This document shows, in pieces, positions 61,351-64,000 of a stretch of DNA of 64,000 bases. Source of the stretch: an uncultured Gemmatimonadales bacterium (lineage in GTDB: Bacteria > Gemmatimonadota > Gemmatimonadetes > Gemmatimonadales > Gemmatimonadaceae); NCBI GenBank assembly GCA_963707505.1, contig CAVPQB010000004.1, positions 864,001 to 928,000 of the forward strand, read 5' to 3'. Each line of letters begins with the position of its first letter. The stretch's first letter is position 1. The translations under genes and the position numbers were made by a program. The notes beneath the pieces are model-generated. The model was not told where the DNA came from. It ran no database searches and was given only the letters and a program-made list of their open reading frames with translations.

Positions 61351-62148
61351 ATGACAGACCAGACAGCCGAACAGCCGCCCGAGACACTCGAGGGGTGGTA
61401 TGTTCTGCACCAGATATACCGAATCGACCGCGAGCGAAACACCCCCGCCGGTGCCGCAGAGAGCGATGTTTTCGGAGCCGCGAAGGAGCCGGGCCGGGGA
61501 TGGAGCGAGGCCGTCGCTCTCATCGGCTCGACGTCCGATGTGATGTTCATCCACTGCCGGCCCACCCTCGACGAGATCGGCGACGTGCAGCGTGAGCTCG
61601 CTCGGCAACCGTGGATGCGGCGGCTTGTCCCGACATACTCGTTTCTGAGCGTTACCGAAGCGGGTCTCTATCACATGACGGCGAAGATCGCCGACGAGGC
61701 GATCGCGCGCGGCGGAACGGTCGGCGATGCGGATTACATCGCAGCGGTCAAGGCAAAAGCGGAAACCGAGCGAACCAACCCGTATGTCCAGCGGCGGCTT
61801 TATCCTCAACGTCCCGAGACGATGCCGTACGTGTCGTTCTATCCGATGTCCAAGCGCAGAGACGTCGGTCAGAACTGGTATTCGCTACCGATCGCAGAGC
61901 GAAGCCGATTGATGCACGAGCACGGACTGAGCGGGCGGCGTTACGCCGGTCGTGTGCAGCAGGTCATCACCGGCGCGATCGGGTTCGACGCGTGGGAATG
62001 GGGAGTGACGCTGTTTGCCGGCGATCCGCTCGACTTCAAGAAGATCGTATCGGACATGCGCTTCGACGTCGCGAGTGCGGAGTACGCGGAGTTCGGACCG
62101 TTCTATGTAGGCAAGGTCGGTGCGCTCGCCGAGGTGCTGGGCGGATAG
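61351..62148 (+). CDS. chdC: Coproheme decarboxylase (heme-dependent peroxidase, HemQ/ChdC)
   Basis: TLEGWY.LH, YPMSKRR, NWY.LP..ER..LM.EHG..GR.Y, EWGVTLF, MRFD..SA.Y.EFG. Confidence 0.85.
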   Translation: MTDQTAEQPPETLEGWYVLHQIYRIDRERNTPAGAAESDVFGAAKEPGRGWSEAVALIGSTSDVMFIHCRPTLDEIGDVQRELARQPWMRRLVPTYSFLSVTEAGLYHMTAKIADEAIARGGTVGDADYIAAVKAKAETERTNPYVQRRLYPQRPETMPYVSFYPMSKRRDVGQNWYSLPIAERSRLMHEHGLSGRRYAGRVQQVITGAIGFDAWEWGVTLFAGDPLDFKKIVSDMRFDVASAEYAEFGPFYVGKVGALAEVLGG

Positions 62149-62168
62149 CGCCAGCTTTGCGTGGACAG

Positions 62169-63575
62169 TTAGAACTGATAATAGAGGAACGGTGAGTTTG
62201 TACCATTCATGAATAGGTACGCGACGAGAAAGCCGGCGGCGTAGACGCCGGCCCATCGTCGTGTAGTTCCGAATTTGAAGTCCCAGGTCTCGGGCAGGAA
62301 CGCAATTGCGAGCAACGCGACGCCGATCCATCCCAGGACCATCGGCGCGGCTGGCAGTGAGACATCACGCGACAGGCCCACGGTGAACATGCTTCTGAGC
62401 CAGCCTGCGGCCATACGGAATGATGTTGCGCGGAAGAATACCCATCCGATGACCACGAGCACGAAGGTCTGGGCGCGATAGACTATCGGCGGATATCGCC
62501 TGAAGACGGGATGGAACCACCGGTCGATGATGAGCAACACACCGTGGTACCCGCCCCATATCACGAACGTCCAGCCTGCACCGTGCCAGAGTCCGCCGAG
62601 CAGCATGACGATCATCAGATTGACGTAGGTGCGTCGCTTGCCCTTGCGATTGCCGCCAAGCCCGAAGTACAGGTAATCGCGCAGCCACATGGAGAGACTG
62701 ATGTGCCATCGTCTCCAGAAATCCTGAATACCGAGTGAGCGATACGGCGCGTCGAAGTTTTGCGGAATCCTGAGGGAGAACAGATAGCCGAGCCCGACGG
62801 CCATGTCGGAATATCCGCTGAAATCGAAATACAGCTGGCAGGTATAGCCCAGGGCCGCGGTCCACGCCTGGCCAAATGTGAGCGCGTGGATGGAGCCATT
62901 CGCGTATGACGCGAGCAGCGGATCGATGCCGGCGCCGATGTGATCGGCGACAATCACCTTCTTGATCAGTCCAACGACGAAGAAGCCGATTCCGATCGCG
63001 ATCCAGTCGTTGCGCGGCGGTCCGTCGATCTGCTCGAGATCGGCTTCGATCTGGCGGTAACGTACGATCGGCCCTGCAACGAGCTGTGAGAACAGGCTGA
63101 CGTAGGTGAAATACTCCGCGATGTTGCGCGTCGCCTTCACGCGCCCGTTCGCGACGTCGACGACGTACGAGATCGTGTGGAACGTGTAGAAGCTGATTCC
63201 GATCGGAAGGATGATGTGCAGCGCGGCAGGTTGCGCGCGTACGTTGAGCCAGTCGAGCGCAATACCCAGATTCGCTGCGACGAAATTGTAGTATTTGAAG
63301 AAACCGAGCAGTGTTAGGTCGACACTCACCGCACCGATCACCCAGGCGCGCTTGCGGGTAGGCGAATCAGTGCCATCGATCGCAAGCCCGGCTACGAAGC
63401 TCACGATGCTCGAGAAGGCTAGCAGGATGCAGAAGCGCCAGTCCCAGTAACCGTAGAAGACGTATCCGGCGATCGCAAGCAGAACGTAGCGTTGTTGTTT
63501 TCCTTTCGACATCCAGAAGAGCGCGAAGACGACTGGCAGGAAGGCGAAGAGGAATACGTTTGAATTGAAGATCAT
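62169..63575 (-). CDS. MBOAT O-acyltransferase (AlgI/DltB-like)
   Basis: LPIGISFYTF, QLVAGPI, YFDFSGYSDMA, FWRRWHISLS, GLWHGA. Confidence 0.94.
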   Translation of the reverse strand: MIFNSNVFLFAFLPVVFALFWMSKGKQQRYVLLAIAGYVFYGYWDWRFCILLAFSSIVSFVAGLAIDGTDSPTRKRAWVIGAVSVDLTLLGFFKYYNFVAANLGIALDWLNVRAQPAALHIILPIGISFYTFHTISYVVDVANGRVKATRNIAEYFTYVSLFSQLVAGPIVRYRQIEADLEQIDGPPRNDWIAIGIGFFVVGLIKKVIVADHIGAGIDPLLASYANGSIHALTFGQAWTAALGYTCQLYFDFSGYSDMAVGLGYLFSLRIPQNFDAPYRSLGIQDFWRRWHISLSMWLRDYLYFGLGGNRKGKRRTYVNLMIVMLLGGLWHGAGWTFVIWGGYHGVLLIIDRWFHPVFRRYPPIVYRAQTFVLVVIGWVFFRATSFRMAAGWLRSMFTVGLSRDVSLPAAPMVLGWIGVALLAIAFLPETWDFKFGTTRRWAGVYAAGFLVAYLFMNGTNSPFLYYQF

Positions 63576-64000
63576 CTTGCGGCAACAGTTTCGGTGCTGC
63601 CCGTATTCGCGTCGCGCACCGCCGTTGCAAGCGAGTGAGCGATCGCGACCGCGTTGGTACCGTCGAAGTGCATGCAGTCGTACCAGCCCGTCTGGCTTGG
63701 GAGGTTCGACGTTTCGTTCTCGTCCGCCATGGTGACCAGTGGTCGCCTGGCGCTGGAACGGAGATAGGAGACCACCCGTTGATAGTTGGCGCTGGACGCC
63801 GGCTTGTCGCGTACGGAGTCGGCGAGTGCAGGGTTGAACGGCGGTATCCAGAGAACGATGTGCACGCCTCTGGTCGTCGCCTCGGAGATCAGCGAGTCGA
63901 GCATCGCGCGCTTGGAGGCGCCGAGGCTGTCGTAGGTCGCGAACTCGCCCTGCTGCACCGCGGCGCAGTCGGCGTAGTGTTGCTGCCAGTCGTACGTGCC
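63572..64000 (-). CDS. Partial MBOAT partner protein (SGNH/DltD-like), C-terminus only
   Basis: Overlaps the MBOAT start; WYDCMH (DxxH) motif; reading frame open to the window edge. Confidence 0.55.
   Translation of the reverse strand, partial: GTYDWQQHYADCAAVQQGEFATYDSLGASKRAMLDSLISEATTRGVHIVLWIPPFNPALADSVRDKPASSANYQRVVSYLRSSARRPLVTMADENETSNLPSQTGWYDCMHFDGTNAVAIAHSLATAVRDANTGSTETVAAR

Overview
High-GC bacterial chromosomal window. The gene content (PEP-CTERM proteins, kinase-TPR, ChdC, M61 peptidase) suggests a diderm, Gemmatimonadota-like organism; this is inference only. In order it carries: (1) a 2-aminobenzoyl-CoA (abm-type) aromatic degradation operon, 1-8.4 kb; (2) six tRNA genes (Glu, Glu, Asp, Leu, Thr, Gly), none encoding CCA; (3) an accessory-looking region with a PEP-CTERM gene, a membrane Ser/Thr kinase-TPR gene broken by one in-frame TAG and followed by a small orphan beta-rich protein, a GGDEF-EAL protein, ogt, a MarR-RND efflux operon, a cNMP/TrxB-like reductase, a secreted serpin and a PEP-CTERM-anchored trypsin-like protease; (4) an expanded kdp locus with an extra leader membrane peptide, kdpFABC, an outer-membrane beta-barrel, a split KdpD whose soluble half ends in a pseudo-histidine-kinase domain, a KdpE box and a 14-bp tandem repeat; (5) assorted peptidases, RidA plus Ser/Thr dehydratase, an ABC transporter with no binding protein, a nested REP element, SCO/PCuAC, kup, chdC and an MBOAT locus. 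Several genes carry clustered indels that look like long-read consensus errors. No CRISPR array, rRNA, integrase or transposase was seen. The best candidates for novelty are the kinase-TPR/small-protein pair, the serpin/PEP-CTERM protease pair and the unusual kdp architecture.
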